64,000 nt of DNA from Patescibacteria group bacterium (GTDB lineage: Bacteria; Patescibacteriota; Microgenomatia; Levybacterales; UBA12049). The notes under the pieces are model-generated. The model searched no databases. It was given only the letters and a program-made list of their open reading frames with translations, and was not told the origin of the DNA. Position 1 is the stretch's first letter; each line of letters begins with the position of its first letter. Where the stretch lies: positions 713,226 to 777,225 of the forward strand of contig BPJB01000001.1 of the NCBI GenBank assembly GCA_026004395.1, in the 5' to 3' direction. Of this stretch, positions 48,011-58,235 are shown piece after piece. A program made the position numbers and the translations under genes.

Positions 48011-48847
48011 ATGCAAAACATAACAACTATAAAACAAAGTAAAAAAGATGAATATACGAGAGAAACAAAACCATACTTTGAATATAATAACATTATTATT
48101 TACAAAGATGACATTTTAAAGATCTCTAATATTCAGAATAATTCAATAGATTTAATTGTTACCTCACCACCTTATAATGTTGATATTCATTATAATTCTC
48201 ACATTGATAATTTAACTTATAACGATTATTTAGAATTTACAAAAAAATGGATTAAGAAATGTTTTGAATTGACAAAGGATGATGGGCGTTTTTGTCTCAA
48301 TATACCACTAGATAAAAATAAAGGAGGTCAACAGTCGGTTTGCGCTGATATCACTAAAATTGCAAAGGATGTAGGTTGGAAATATCACTCTACTATAATC
48401 TGGAATGAAGGAAATATCTCTCGAAGAACAGCATGGGGATCGTTTATGTCTGCATCTGCACCTTATGTTATTGCTCCTGTAGAAGTAATATTAGTTCTAT
48501 ACAAAAAGAATTGGAAAAAAATCAGTGGAAGTAAAAAAAGTGATATTACAAAAAAAGAATTTATGGATTGGACTAATGGAATTTGGAGTTTTGGTGGAGA
48601 AAGTAAAAAAAGAGTTGGCCATCCCGCACCCTTTCCTATAGAATTACCTCGCCGTTGTATAAAACTTTTTTCTTATGTAGGTGATACAATATTAGATCCA
48701 TTTTTAGGAAGTGGTACAACACTTATTGCGGCTTATCTAAATAAGAGAAAAGGCATAGGTGTTGAGATAGATAAGGAATATTGTGATTTAGCAATCAAAC
48801 GATTAAAACAAGAAGCACAAATTAATCAAATTAATTTTAATTTATAA
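48011..48847 (+). CDS. Beta-class DNA methyltransferase (N4-cytosine/N6-adenine, motif IV S-P-P-Y before motif I)
   Basis: Motif IV DLIVTSPPYNV near the N-terminus and motif I ILDPFLGSGTT near the C-terminus (D12/N6_N4_Mtase order). Confidence 0.8.
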   Translation: MQNITTIKQSKKDEYTRETKPYFEYNNIIIYKDDILKISNIQNNSIDLIVTSPPYNVDIHYNSHIDNLTYNDYLEFTKKWIKKCFELTKDDGRFCLNIPLDKNKGGQQSVCADITKIAKDVGWKYHSTIIWNEGNISRRTAWGSFMSASAPYVIAPVEVILVLYKKNWKKISGSKKSDITKKEFMDWTNGIWSFGGESKKRVGHPAPFPIELPRRCIKLFSYVGDTILDPFLGSGTTLIAAYLNKRKGIGVEIDKEYCDLAIKRLKQEAQINQINFNL

Positions 48848-48856
48848 AATAGAAAT

Positions 48857-49447
48857 ATGAGTAAAGGTGATAAAAAGTCTATTGGCGATTTAATAAAAGA
48901 GTATTTTAAAAAACATCCTAATCAAGACCTTCAACATGGTCCTGTTGTTGATTGGGTTGAAGATAAATATTTAAAGTTGTACGGAAAGAAACCTCGTGAC
49001 ACATGGAGAAATATTAGAAAACTTCACGAGGAAGGTTTTTTGATTAAAGTTAAAAAAGGTATTTATCGTTATGATCCTGAGTATGTGAAGCAAAAAGAAA
49101 TTGACGATTTTACACCAAAACAAAAAGAGCAAATTTTGAAAAGAGATGGCTATAAATGTGTAATTTGCGGTAGTGGCAGAAAAGAAGGAGTCGAATTACA
49201 CGTAGATCATATTAAGCCAAAATACTTGGGTGGAAAATCTACTATTGAAAATGGTCAAACATTATGCGCTCAACACAACTTTATTAAAAAGACTCTGAAA
49301 CAAACAGAAACCGGGAAGAAAATGTTTATTCGTCTTTATGAGTTAGCAAAAAGTGAAAGGAATGAAGAACTAAAGAAATTTTGCGCAGACATTTTAGAAA
49401 CTTATGAAAAATACAATATTAATGGTCACATAGTCTGGAAAAGATAA
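48857..49447 (+). CDS. HNH-family nuclease, putative restriction endonuclease partner of the MTase
   Basis: HNH motif GYKCVICGSGRKEGVELHVDHIKPKYLGGKSTIENGQTLCAQHN. It sits immediately downstream of the MTase. Confidence 0.65.
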   Translation: MSKGDKKSIGDLIKEYFKKHPNQDLQHGPVVDWVEDKYLKLYGKKPRDTWRNIRKLHEEGFLIKVKKGIYRYDPEYVKQKEIDDFTPKQKEQILKRDGYKCVICGSGRKEGVELHVDHIKPKYLGGKSTIENGQTLCAQHNFIKKTLKQTETGKKMFIRLYELAKSERNEELKKFCADILETYEKYNINGHIVWKR

Positions 49448-49449
49448 TT

Positions 49450-50355
49450 ATGCCAATACCAGATTATCAATCAATAATGCTTCCGCTTCTTAAGTTTGCC
49501 TCTGATAAGAAGGAGCATTCAATTAAAGAAGCGATCGAATATTTAGCCGATCTTTTCAAATTAAACGAAGATGAAAGAAAAGAAGTTTTACCGAGCGGTC
49601 AGCAGTATATTTTCGACAATCGTGTAGGTTGGGCAAGAACTTATTTAAAGAAAGCGGGCTTGCTTGAATCAACGCGGAGGTCGTTTTTCAAAATAACTGA
49701 TTTAGGATTAGAGGTGTTAGGCAAAAATCCGCAAGAAATAAATGTTAAATTTCTTGAGCAATTTCCTCAATTTGTTGAATTTCGAAATATTCGTCGGCAA
49801 AAAGACAAGGAGGATCGTGAAGAAGAGGAATTAGAACAAACTCCACAGGAATTACTTGAATATGGTTATCAAAGAATCAAAAGTGAATTGGCTCAAGAAT
49901 TGTTGAATTCAGTTAAACAATCATCTCCTCGCTTTTTTGAAAAACTAGTTGTTGATCTATTGATTAAAATGGGTTATGGCGGTTCGTTGAAAGATGCTGG
50001 TAAAGCAATTGGCCAAAGTGGCGACGGTGGTATAGATGGAATTATCAAAGAAGATAAACTCGGCCTTGATGTGATTTATATCCAAGCAAAAAGATGGGAT
50101 AATGTAGTTGGCTCAAAAGAAGTTCGAAATTTTGTTGGAAGTTTAGCTGCTCAACACGCAAATAAAGGAGTATTTATTACTACTTCAAGTTTTACCAAGG
50201 ATGCCTTAGATTATGTTAAAACAATTCCTCATAAGGTGATTTTAATTGATGGGGAAATGCTAACGCAATTAATGATTGAAAATGATATAGGAGTATCTAA
50301 AATAACTAGTTACGATATTAAAAAAATTGATTCAGATTATTTTGAAGAGGAGTAA
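49450..50355 (+). CDS. mrr: Mrr-family type IV (modification-dependent) restriction endonuclease
   Basis: Mrr_N winged helix (MPIPDYQSIMLPLLKF...) and Mrr_cat PD-(D/E)xK core (GDGGIDGIIKEDKLGLDVIYIQAKRW). Confidence 0.85.
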   Translation: MPIPDYQSIMLPLLKFASDKKEHSIKEAIEYLADLFKLNEDERKEVLPSGQQYIFDNRVGWARTYLKKAGLLESTRRSFFKITDLGLEVLGKNPQEINVKFLEQFPQFVEFRNIRRQKDKEDREEEELEQTPQELLEYGYQRIKSELAQELLNSVKQSSPRFFEKLVVDLLIKMGYGGSLKDAGKAIGQSGDGGIDGIIKEDKLGLDVIYIQAKRWDNVVGSKEVRNFVGSLAAQHANKGVFITTSSFTKDALDYVKTIPHKVILIDGEMLTQLMIENDIGVSKITSYDIKKIDSDYFEEE

Positions 50356-50394
50356 AAGAATTTGCCGCCAAAGAAAATTTGTTAAAATAAATTT

Positions 50395-50820
50395 ATGAAT
50401 AATCTAATCGCTAAAGTATCAACTACCATCAATGCTCCCATCGCAAAGGTTTGGTAGGCATTGACGAATCCAGAGATTATAAAGCAATATATGTTCGGAA
50501 CAAATGTTGTTTCCGATTGGCAAGTAGGAAGCTCGATCGTCTGGAAGGGGGAATGGCAGGGAAAATCGTATGAGGACAAAGGAAAAATCCTTAAATTTGA
50601 AAAGGAACGAAAACTGCAATACACTCATTTCAGTCCGCTAACGGGCAAGCCTGACGTGCCGGAAAACTACCATACTGTTACTATCGAACTTTCTAATAAT
50701 GGATCACAAACGACCGTTAGGCTCTCACAAGACAATAACGAGACCGAAGAAGCTCGCCAACACTCTGAAAAGAATTGGCGAATGATGTTGGAGGGCTTGA
50801 AAAAACTTTTGGAGAAATAG
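50395..50820 (+). pseudogene. AHSA1/SRPBCC-domain gene with an in-frame TAG at 50455-50457
   Basis: Translation from the ATG at 50395 gives MNNLIAKVSTTINAPIAKVW-[TAG]-ALTNPEIIKQYMFG..., the conserved AHSA1 N-terminal strand (I-x-A-P-x-E-K-V-W-[ED]-A-L-T-D-P-E). A GAG to TAG change would explain it. The track ORF 50461-50820 only starts at a TTG after the stop. Confidence 0.6.
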
Positions 50821-50982
50821 ACTAAGAGTTTGCTGCTAAAGAAAAAATTTGAAATCGTCCTTTTTACTTTTGATTTAGAGCAAGGTGTGCTGCTGCATTT
50901 TCCCTATATAGACCTTTATATGTCACAGTCGTTGGAATTATTTTTTAGTAACAACTTCAGAATTTTACAAGTTTACAAAGTC

Positions 50983-51327
50983 TTATTTAATATCCAATAA
51001 ACAATCACAAGGTTTTAATTTAAGAATGTTTTTCTGCTCTTTTATTGTATTAATAAAAACTTGCTGAACACTGGAACCTGTGGCTAATTTTTTATCTAAA
51101 GGAGTAAAATGCTTATAATTACGACGAGCAAATTCTTTTACCAATTTCTCGTGTCGCAAATAGAGTGCTTTAGTTTTTCCAACCCAGCGCAATGTCTCTG
51201 GATGCTTTGAATATCCTCCCTTCCCCTTGTGCTTGGTTAAAATATTCCACAGTGCGTGCAGCTCACGGTGTTCACCTAATAAATGTTTTCGACAAAGATA
51301 TTTTGGATCTATATCCCAAATTCGCAT
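50983..51327 (-). CDS. Pyrimidine-dimer DNA glycosylase (T4 endonuclease V-like, Pyr_excise family)
   Basis: MRIWDIDPKYLCRKHLLGEHRELHALWNILTKHKGKGGYSKHPETLRW follows the family N-terminal consensus M-R-[LI]-W-x-[LI]-x-P-K-Y-L...E-x-x-A-L-W...GY-x-x-H-P-x-x-x-R-[FW]. Confidence 0.55.
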   Translation of the reverse strand: MRIWDIDPKYLCRKHLLGEHRELHALWNILTKHKGKGGYSKHPETLRWVGKTKALYLRHEKLVKEFARRNYKHFTPLDKKLATGSSVQQVFINTIKEQKNILKLKPCDCLLDIK

Positions 51328-51328
51328 A

Positions 51329-51736
51329 TCATTTATTTAAGTAGGTAATAGTCAATTGCAAAATAGTGGCGAATATGGCCCAAAGTAAATAGGGAACATT
51401 AATATAAACTACCCATCGTAATTCAGGTACACTCTGCCATAAAGAATAGAGTGCCCAAATCAGTGAAGCGACAACAAGTAAAATATCTAGAGAAGCCAAA
51501 AGATTGTTTCTCAATTTGAATTGCAAAGGTGTAAAAATGAAGTTAAAAATTAGATTAAGAGCAAATGGTAAGGATACAATCCACGATATGTTGCTAGTAA
51601 ATGCTCTATAGAATACAGCACCAAAAGAAACTGCAATGATTGCATAAAGCACCATCCATACAGGACCAAAAATCCAAGCAGGTGGTGACCATGAAGGTTT
51701 AGTTAACATTTGATAGCGTTTATAATTTTCGTTCAT
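51329..51736 (-). CDS. tspO: TspO/MBR tryptophan-rich sensory protein
   Basis: LTKPSWSPPAWIFGPVWMVLYAIIAVS and five TM helices with a Trp-rich composition. Confidence 0.8.
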   Translation of the reverse strand: MNENYKRYQMLTKPSWSPPAWIFGPVWMVLYAIIAVSFGAVFYRAFTSNISWIVSLPFALNLIFNFIFTPLQFKLRNNLLASLDILLVVASLIWALYSLWQSVPELRWVVYINVPYLLWAIFATILQLTITYLNK

Positions 51737-52008
51737 AAGATCATTATAGTTAAAATTTAATTTTTTTTATTATCCTAATTGTCTTACAGTAAATATTCCA
51801 ATCATTGACAGAGTTTTGATTATTCAGACGATCATTTATAAAATATTGTATACTATTCATTCCTTTGATTGTTGATATTATTATATTTGATTTTATTAAC
51901 TCTATCTATTAACAGAAAGGGGAAACAGACTAGAGACTCTGCTACACAACAAACATTGTAAACTTATTAATAAGTTTAATAATAAGTTTTATTTAAATCT
52001 ATAAAGAA

Positions 52009-52644
52009 ATGAAATACTCAAACAAAGATAGGCAGATAAATAATGATTTTTATAGTTACTTTATCAGACATCACCAAGATGATGGTTGGGGTGATAAAGA
52101 TAAATATGGAAATTTTGAACTACTCTGTAAAATTGTAGATTTTACCAATTCTTCTCTAATGAATGCTTCAGTTTTAGATGTTGGTTCCGGAACAGGAGAT
52201 TTTTCTGAATATCTGAGAAAACAAGGTATAAAAGAGTATGTAGGTATAGATATCTTCCCAATGTCTGTTGATCTTGCCAAAATGAAATACAATGAAACAT
52301 TTATATGTAGCGATTTCTTAGATTATAAATTTCAGCGAAGATTTGACTATGTTTTTTCATCAGGTGCAATTGCTGCTATTTTGGATACAGATAATTATCA
52401 AATTCTGACTGCGTTTGTTAGTAAAATGTGGAGACTAGCTGAAAAAGGAGTAGCGTTTAACTTTTTAACAAGAGAATATACCAAAGAAAACGACGATGAA
52501 CTTTTCCTCTATGACTTTGATGAGGTTTTAAGAATTTGCCGTAACATTGTAAAAAGTGCACCCATTAAATATGTTCAAAATCGGGCTGGAGATAACAATG
52601 AGTTTTTACAAACTCATATATATCTTTTAAAAAAACAGAGGTGA
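52009..52644 (+). CDS. Class I SAM-dependent methyltransferase
   Basis: Motif I VLDVGSGTGDFSEYL and post-I acidic residue (IDI). Confidence 0.65.
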   Translation: MKYSNKDRQINNDFYSYFIRHHQDDGWGDKDKYGNFELLCKIVDFTNSSLMNASVLDVGSGTGDFSEYLRKQGIKEYVGIDIFPMSVDLAKMKYNETFICSDFLDYKFQRRFDYVFSSGAIAAILDTDNYQILTAFVSKMWRLAEKGVAFNFLTREYTKENDDELFLYDFDEVLRICRNIVKSAPIKYVQNRAGDNNEFLQTHIYLLKKQR

Positions 52645-53008
52645 AACCCCTAAAATAGATTATTTTATTTGAGTTCTACCTCATCTCTCAATAGCTCAAC
52701 TATTACTCTCTTCTTACTCATCTTTTCTTCAACTCTTACTCTTCTTCAGTAGAGTATGAACTATTGATGGGAGGTGATATTGTGAATCTATTTATAGGGA
52801 GTAATCTGAGTCCTCTGACAGCACTACTATTGGAATCCTAATTCTTATATTTCCGCGTTTTCTCAATTATCTTATTGCATTTTATTTGATTTTAAGCGGA
52901 CTTATAGGTTTGCGAATACTCAATCTTTAATAAACAACAAATTGTGTTCCAACACGGGCAAAATCATATATCTATTGCGATGCTTCCAGAGGTAGGTTAA
53001 CACATCCA

Positions 53009-53320
53009 TTACTTACATCTGCCAAATGCAGTATGCCAATAAGCTCTATGTATTGCGTAGGATTTATAAAAATACATTACATTGGGAACATCTTTATGAA
53101 AGTACCTGCCAAACACTGTATTTATTCCACGCATATCTTGTCTTGGCAATTTCCAATATATCTTAAACTTGCCTTTTACAGTTGTCGCCTTCGCAACACC
53201 TGTTGACACGATTGTTTCATAAACCACTCTCCCCTCCCATACCTATAACTTTTGCTTACGAATATCAATGGTTATAAGCTATTAGCCTCTGCTCTAGCCT
53301 GCACAAATGCCAAATTAAAA
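53009..53320 (-). pseudogene. L,D-transpeptidase (YkuD-domain) remnant: in-frame TAG at 53243-53245, an upstream frameshift and a degenerate catalytic end
   Basis: The minus strand reads ...LITIDIRKQKL-[TAG]-VWEGRVVYETIVSTGVAKATTVKGKFKIYWKLP...NVMYFYKSYAIHRAYWHTAFGRCK-stop. This follows the YkuD consensus (I-x-V-x-L...VSTG...T-P-x-G-x-F-x-I...Y-A-I-H-G...S-H-G-C) but has H-R for H-G and terminates just before the S-H-G-C catalytic cysteine. The region upstream of LITIDI is in another frame and has double stops. Confidence 0.4.
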
Positions 53321-53525
53321 AAAATGAACAGGTATGCACTAAATAAAAAAATTTTACTTATAAAAAATTTATAAAAAATATAGATTCTTTAGTCAAAGTA
53401 ATAAATAATCTATATTACTCAAAATTTCACTACCAGTGATGCAATCAGATGTGACATATTAAAATTTTATCTAACAAAAAGTAAAAGAAAAAATCTGCTA
53501 TAATTAGCGACCTTTAGATATTTAA

Positions 53526-55713
53526 TTGTGTTTTATTATGATAAAAAGAATCTTTCATGAGCTCTGGATTATATTTAAGAAACCACTATTTGCTCTTTTT
53601 ATTATATGGGGTATCCTGTTTGTGATAATTCCTCTTTTTACATATCTTTATTTTGTCCGCGACCTGACTAGTAAAGAAAATATCATCACTCGCAAAAACA
53701 GTGGAATTATTTTACTGGATCGCAACAACAAGCCATTTTTTAGTTTCTATGAAGCAAAGTCAAAAAACAATGTTCCGATTGATCAGATACCAGAAATAAC
53801 TAAAAAAGCAGTTATCTCAATCGAAGACAAAAATTTCTATCAACATAATGGATTTTCAATTGAAGGCTTAGCAAGAGCAATCTTGGCCAACATTGAGGAA
53901 GAACGATTTTCACAAGGAGGATCAACAATTACACAACAACTTGTAAAAAATACACTTTTATCCCCTGAGAAAAGTCTTCTTCGTAAATACCAAGAATTGG
54001 TTTTGGCACTAGAGATTGAGCGCAGATTCAGCAAAGACGACATTTTAGAAATGTATCTTAACACTGTATATTTTGGTGAAGGTGCTTTCGGAATTCAAGA
54101 TGCCGCGCAATCCTATTTTGGAAAAGATGCTAAAAATTTAACACTTGCTGAGAGTGCTCTGCTTGCTGCAATTTTACCTGCTCCCTCTGCTCTATCTCCT
54201 CTATCAGGAGATGCGCAACGAGCATTTGATAGACAGGAACTTGTTCTACGACTAATGGAAGAACAAGGATATATCACTCGCCAAGAACGACTGGCAGCAG
54301 AAAAAGAAAAAATTATCTTTCATCCTAGACGTCAGGATATAAATGAACAAGCTCCCCACTTTGCACTCATGGTAAAAGATGAACTTATTAGAAGATATGG
54401 AGAGCAGACAATTGCACGATCTGGATTTAGGGTAAGAACAACTATTGATATTGAAAAGCAAAAATTTGCGGAAAAGATTGTAGCAAATCAAATCCAGCGC
54501 TTAAAACAAAACCGGGCTACAAATGGCGCAACTGTTGCAATCAATCCCAAAACAGGTGAAATACTTGTTCTGGTGGGAAGTCATAGCTGGTTTGATGAGG
54601 TAAATGGGAAAATAAATATGGCTACTTCACCTCGTCAACCTGGATCATCCTTCAAACCCATTGTTTATGCAAAAGCATTTGAAGAAAGAGTAATTACTCC
54701 TGCAACAGTGCTTGAAGATAAACCAATTACTTACCCTGACGGATATAAACCTAAAAATTATGACGGTCGGTATCGTGGACAAATACTCGCTAGATTTGCT
54801 TTGGCTAATTCTTTGAATATCCCTTCAATTCATGTATTAGAAAAAATAGGAATTCCAGCAGCAGTTGAGATGGCAAAGCGTATGGGTATAACGACTCTTA
54901 AAAACCCATCTGATTATGGCCTTTCACTTGTTTTAGGATCAGCTGAAGTACCGCTAATAGAAATGACAAGCGCATTTGGAGTATTTGCTAATGAGGGCAA
55001 ACTATCAACAAGAACAACTATTCTTGAAATTAGAGACAGAAAAGGCAAGCTTATTTATTCTTACACACCATCTACAAAGCTTATTCTCGATCCAAGAATT
55101 GCTTTTTTTGATCTCATCAATTCTTTCTGATTCTATAGCAAGAGCTCCCACATTTGGTAATGCGCTGAATCTCTCCCGTCCGGCAGCGGTAAAAACAGGA
55201 ACTACTGAAGACTTCAAAGATGCACTCACCATTGGTTATACACCAAGTCTTGTGATTGGAGTATGGATAGGCAATAATGATTACACTCCAATGGATAGCG
55301 TTGCAGGCTCCTTAGGTGCTGCACCAATCTGGAGACAACTTATGGAAAATTTTTTAAGTAGAACACCTGTTGAGAGATTTCTACCTCCAGCAAATATTCT
55401 TAGAGTTATGGTTTGCAAAGATAACGGTCTGAGAGCAGAAACTGCAACAAGTAGTGCATACATGGAGTTTTTCCTTCCTGGTACTATCCCAACAAAATCT
55501 TGTACAAATCCCCTATCTATTCCAACGCCAACAGAAATAGAAGTCACACCCACATCTATACCTAATGAGGAGCCAATACCTACTGTAACACCTACTCCAA
55601 CCCCCACCCCAACAGAAATACCAAGAGAAGAAATCAGACGACGAATTCTCGAACAATTAACACATCCTCCCGGTCAGGAAAAGAAAAACGAAGATCAGAT
55701 ATTAAATCGATAA
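53526..55713 (+). CDS. Class A penicillin-binding protein (PBP1A: GT51 transglycosylase plus transpeptidase), split by a frameshift at the T7 run 55103-55109
   Basis: GT51 motifs (ISIEDKNFYQHNGF, GGSTITQQLVKN, RKYQELVLALEIERRFSKDDILEMYLN). Transpeptidase motifs (SxxK as GSSFKP, SxN as ANSLN, and KTG as VKTGTTED in the second ORF). With T6 instead of T7 the junction reads RIAFLISSILSD continuously. The C-terminus has a Pro/Thr-rich tail. Confidence 0.75.
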
Positions 55714-55738
55714 ATCTCTTTTGAATTTGATTAGCTTT

Positions 55739-56326
55739 CTATCCAGACTGAGTATCCTTATAAACTTCATCTTTCTGTGTAAATATCTCGTCTCGAATAA
55801 TACTCTTATGCTCATCAACATTGGGAAGAAGCTCCTCAAGAATCCTAACGTAACGATGAGGATTGTGAATTGCGTACATTACTGCACAAGTGTCCAATCT
55901 CCAATCGAAAAGCGTAAGTGTACCATAATTAAAAAATTTGCCAAATACTCCCTGAATGAGAACAACCTGTTTTATATTGTGTAAACCATATCTATCTTCT
56001 TTCTTAAAAATGACTCCTCTTTTATGAGACACAGCATAAGGAGAAATCTCATAATACTCACACAACCATTGTAAAACAATAAAAATAGTCAGCAATGTTT
56101 CAAAAATTGTAAGTACAATAAATGCCACAAAACCATAAATATTACTATTAACATTGAAAATATTTGTAAGATTTGATTGAGACAACAAAAACAACACGAT
56201 AATAATAATTCCAGTGGTAATCATATCAGTGATGATCAGTCTTAATACCAATAGAGAAATACTCATCCTTACGTTAACATGATCAATCTGTATTTTTTTG
56301 CGGGGTTTTTCTTGCTTCTCGTCCAT
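55739..56326 (-). CDS. Membrane protein with bacterial PH domain (bPH_2, YdbS/YdbT-like)
   Basis: Two TM helices followed by ...CEYYEISPYAVSHKRGVIFKKEDRYGLHNIKQVVLIQGVFGKFFNYGTLTLF, typical of the DUF304/bPH_2 fold. Confidence 0.55.
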   Translation of the reverse strand: MDEKQEKPRKKIQIDHVNVRMSISLLVLRLIITDMITTGIIIIVLFLLSQSNLTNIFNVNSNIYGFVAFIVLTIFETLLTIFIVLQWLCEYYEISPYAVSHKRGVIFKKEDRYGLHNIKQVVLIQGVFGKFFNYGTLTLFDWRLDTCAVMYAIHNPHRYVRILEELLPNVDEHKSIIRDEIFTQKDEVYKDTQSG

Positions 56327-56803
56327 ATGTCTTATATCTTAGTAAATTCTCAAGTTAAATACAATTTAAATTAAACACTTTTTTAGCAATCAAAGTTTGC
56401 AACATTTATATACTACTTCAGGATCTTTAGAGGTTTTTCTATAAAAATATATCAAAAAATTATTGTATTTTCTGCAGTTGATTTAATTCCTTTTAATTCC
56501 TAAGAATAAATAGTAGAAAAAATTTAATAAGCTAACGATTAGTAAAAGCAAATCACAAATTCACCTCGAGCGGCATTTTGTGATTTTATTCTCAGATATC
56601 AAAAGACATTATCTATGTATAATTAAAAAATTAAGTTGTGAACAAAGTTATACCGATGATATTCTATTCCCTATTCCTCAAATCTTCTATCCTCTGCATC
56701 TATTAGTATCTAATCTAGAGATGATTGATAAACTTTAAACTTATTATGTTAATATAGTTTTAGTATCAAAAATTGATTGCACTTTAATGTTGCATCTCTA
56801 AGA

Positions 56804-57400
56804 TCAATTATCTTCAATGTAATATCTAATTTCTTGTTCTTGCGGTTGAAGGAGATTATATAAATAAGTTATGTCTTCATCTCTATGACGAATACAACCT
56901 GAACTCCCTGGATCATCAGGGGAAAGTCGGGTCAGATCTCCACCAACGCCATGCAGACCAAACGGTCCAGGAATCGTCCAGTTGCATTGTCCATTACACT
57001 CAAGATAAGGACTGGGACCGTAAGGTTCACGATCCGCTGTAGGAATATTGAGTGTGAGAAAGTATGGTGCTGTCTCTTTATTGGAAGATAATTCTTTTTT
57101 GGTTATTAACCAATATTCTCTTCCTAAAATCTTAGGCAAAGGTGTTGGCCTCTCACCTGGAATTCCTGTTTTCACAAAGAATGTTCTGATCAGCTGTGAT
57201 TTATCACGTTGACCTGGAACACCATAAAAAAGATTTTCCTTATTGGATTTTCTATGGAGAACAAACCAATAAATTCTTTTCTCTTCATCAGCTTGTCTTC
57301 GCTCTGTACTCAATGAAAAATCAGATGCAATAGCGATTAAAACGATTAGTAAAATTATAAGAAAAAGAAGTACTGCTATTTTTTCTTTTAGAAATACCAT
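56804..57400 (-). CDS. L,D-transpeptidase (YkuD domain), membrane-anchored
   Basis: N-terminal TM anchor and the catalytic motif GLHGVGGDLTRLSPDDPGSSGCIRHRDEDI (H...S-x-G-C-[IV]-R). Confidence 0.75.
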   Translation of the reverse strand: MVFLKEKIAVLLFLIILLIVLIAIASDFSLSTERRQADEEKRIYWFVLHRKSNKENLFYGVPGQRDKSQLIRTFFVKTGIPGERPTPLPKILGREYWLITKKELSSNKETAPYFLTLNIPTADREPYGPSPYLECNGQCNWTIPGPFGLHGVGGDLTRLSPDDPGSSGCIRHRDEDITYLYNLLQPQEQEIRYYIEDN

Positions 57401-57548
57401 GCCGTTATGATATCAAAATACTCACTTTTATGTCTTGAGTATATCTTGAGAAACTGACGTTAATTACAATAATTTTGAGACATCTTGTGCAAATCTCATA
57501 TTGATTGTTCATAGGTATTTTAGTATCAAGGTAGTCTAAGTAGAAATT

Positions 57549-58130
57549 CTATTTTTTAGCAGATTCAAATGGATTTTTAATGATTGTAAATTCTGTGAGA
57601 GGCAATATTCTTACAATTGATTTCCCAACCACATCACTTTTTTTAAGAAATCCCCACTCACGGCTATCTGAGCTATAGGGACGATTGTCCCCCATTACAA
57701 AAACAGTCCCTGCTGGTACAGTTATTTCTACACCATCTGGAAGAAATGAACCCCCATATGTTTTTACTTCTTTTGCAAGATATGCACTTTCATCAAAAAG
57801 CATACCGTTAAGATACACATTACCATTCTCTAAACGAATCCTATCTCCAGGAAGTCCAATCACGCGTTTAATAAAAAGTTTCTCATTATCAACTGGAGAG
57901 TGAAAAACTATAACATCTCCTCTTTTATACTTATCTAGTCGGACATCTATGAGATAACTTAAAAGATATTCTTTATTTTTAAATGTGGGATACATTGAAG
58001 ATCCTGAAACTTCATTGGGTTGAATAACAAATGCATACAATATCATAAGAACAGATGCAATTATCAGAAGTGTTTGCAGTGAATCAAGAAAAAAAAGACC
58101 TCCCCTTTTTATTAGATCCATAATATCCAT
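57549..58130 (-). CDS. lepB: Signal peptidase I
   Basis: Box B SGSSMYPTF (catalytic Ser), box D RGDVIVF...KRVIGLPGD (catalytic Lys) and box E GDNR. Confidence 0.88.
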   Translation of the reverse strand: MDIMDLIKRGGLFFLDSLQTLLIIASVLMILYAFVIQPNEVSGSSMYPTFKNKEYLLSYLIDVRLDKYKRGDVIVFHSPVDNEKLFIKRVIGLPGDRIRLENGNVYLNGMLFDESAYLAKEVKTYGGSFLPDGVEITVPAGTVFVMGDNRPYSSDSREWGFLKKSDVVGKSIVRILPLTEFTIIKNPFESAKK

Positions 58131-58235
58131 TATATAGTTTTAATTCTTTGTTAACTAGACATAGTAGAATGTTGTTAATGATTTTAACCTGATTACCTAC
58201 TAGACGACATCTATGTTTTCGTATATTATTTTGGA

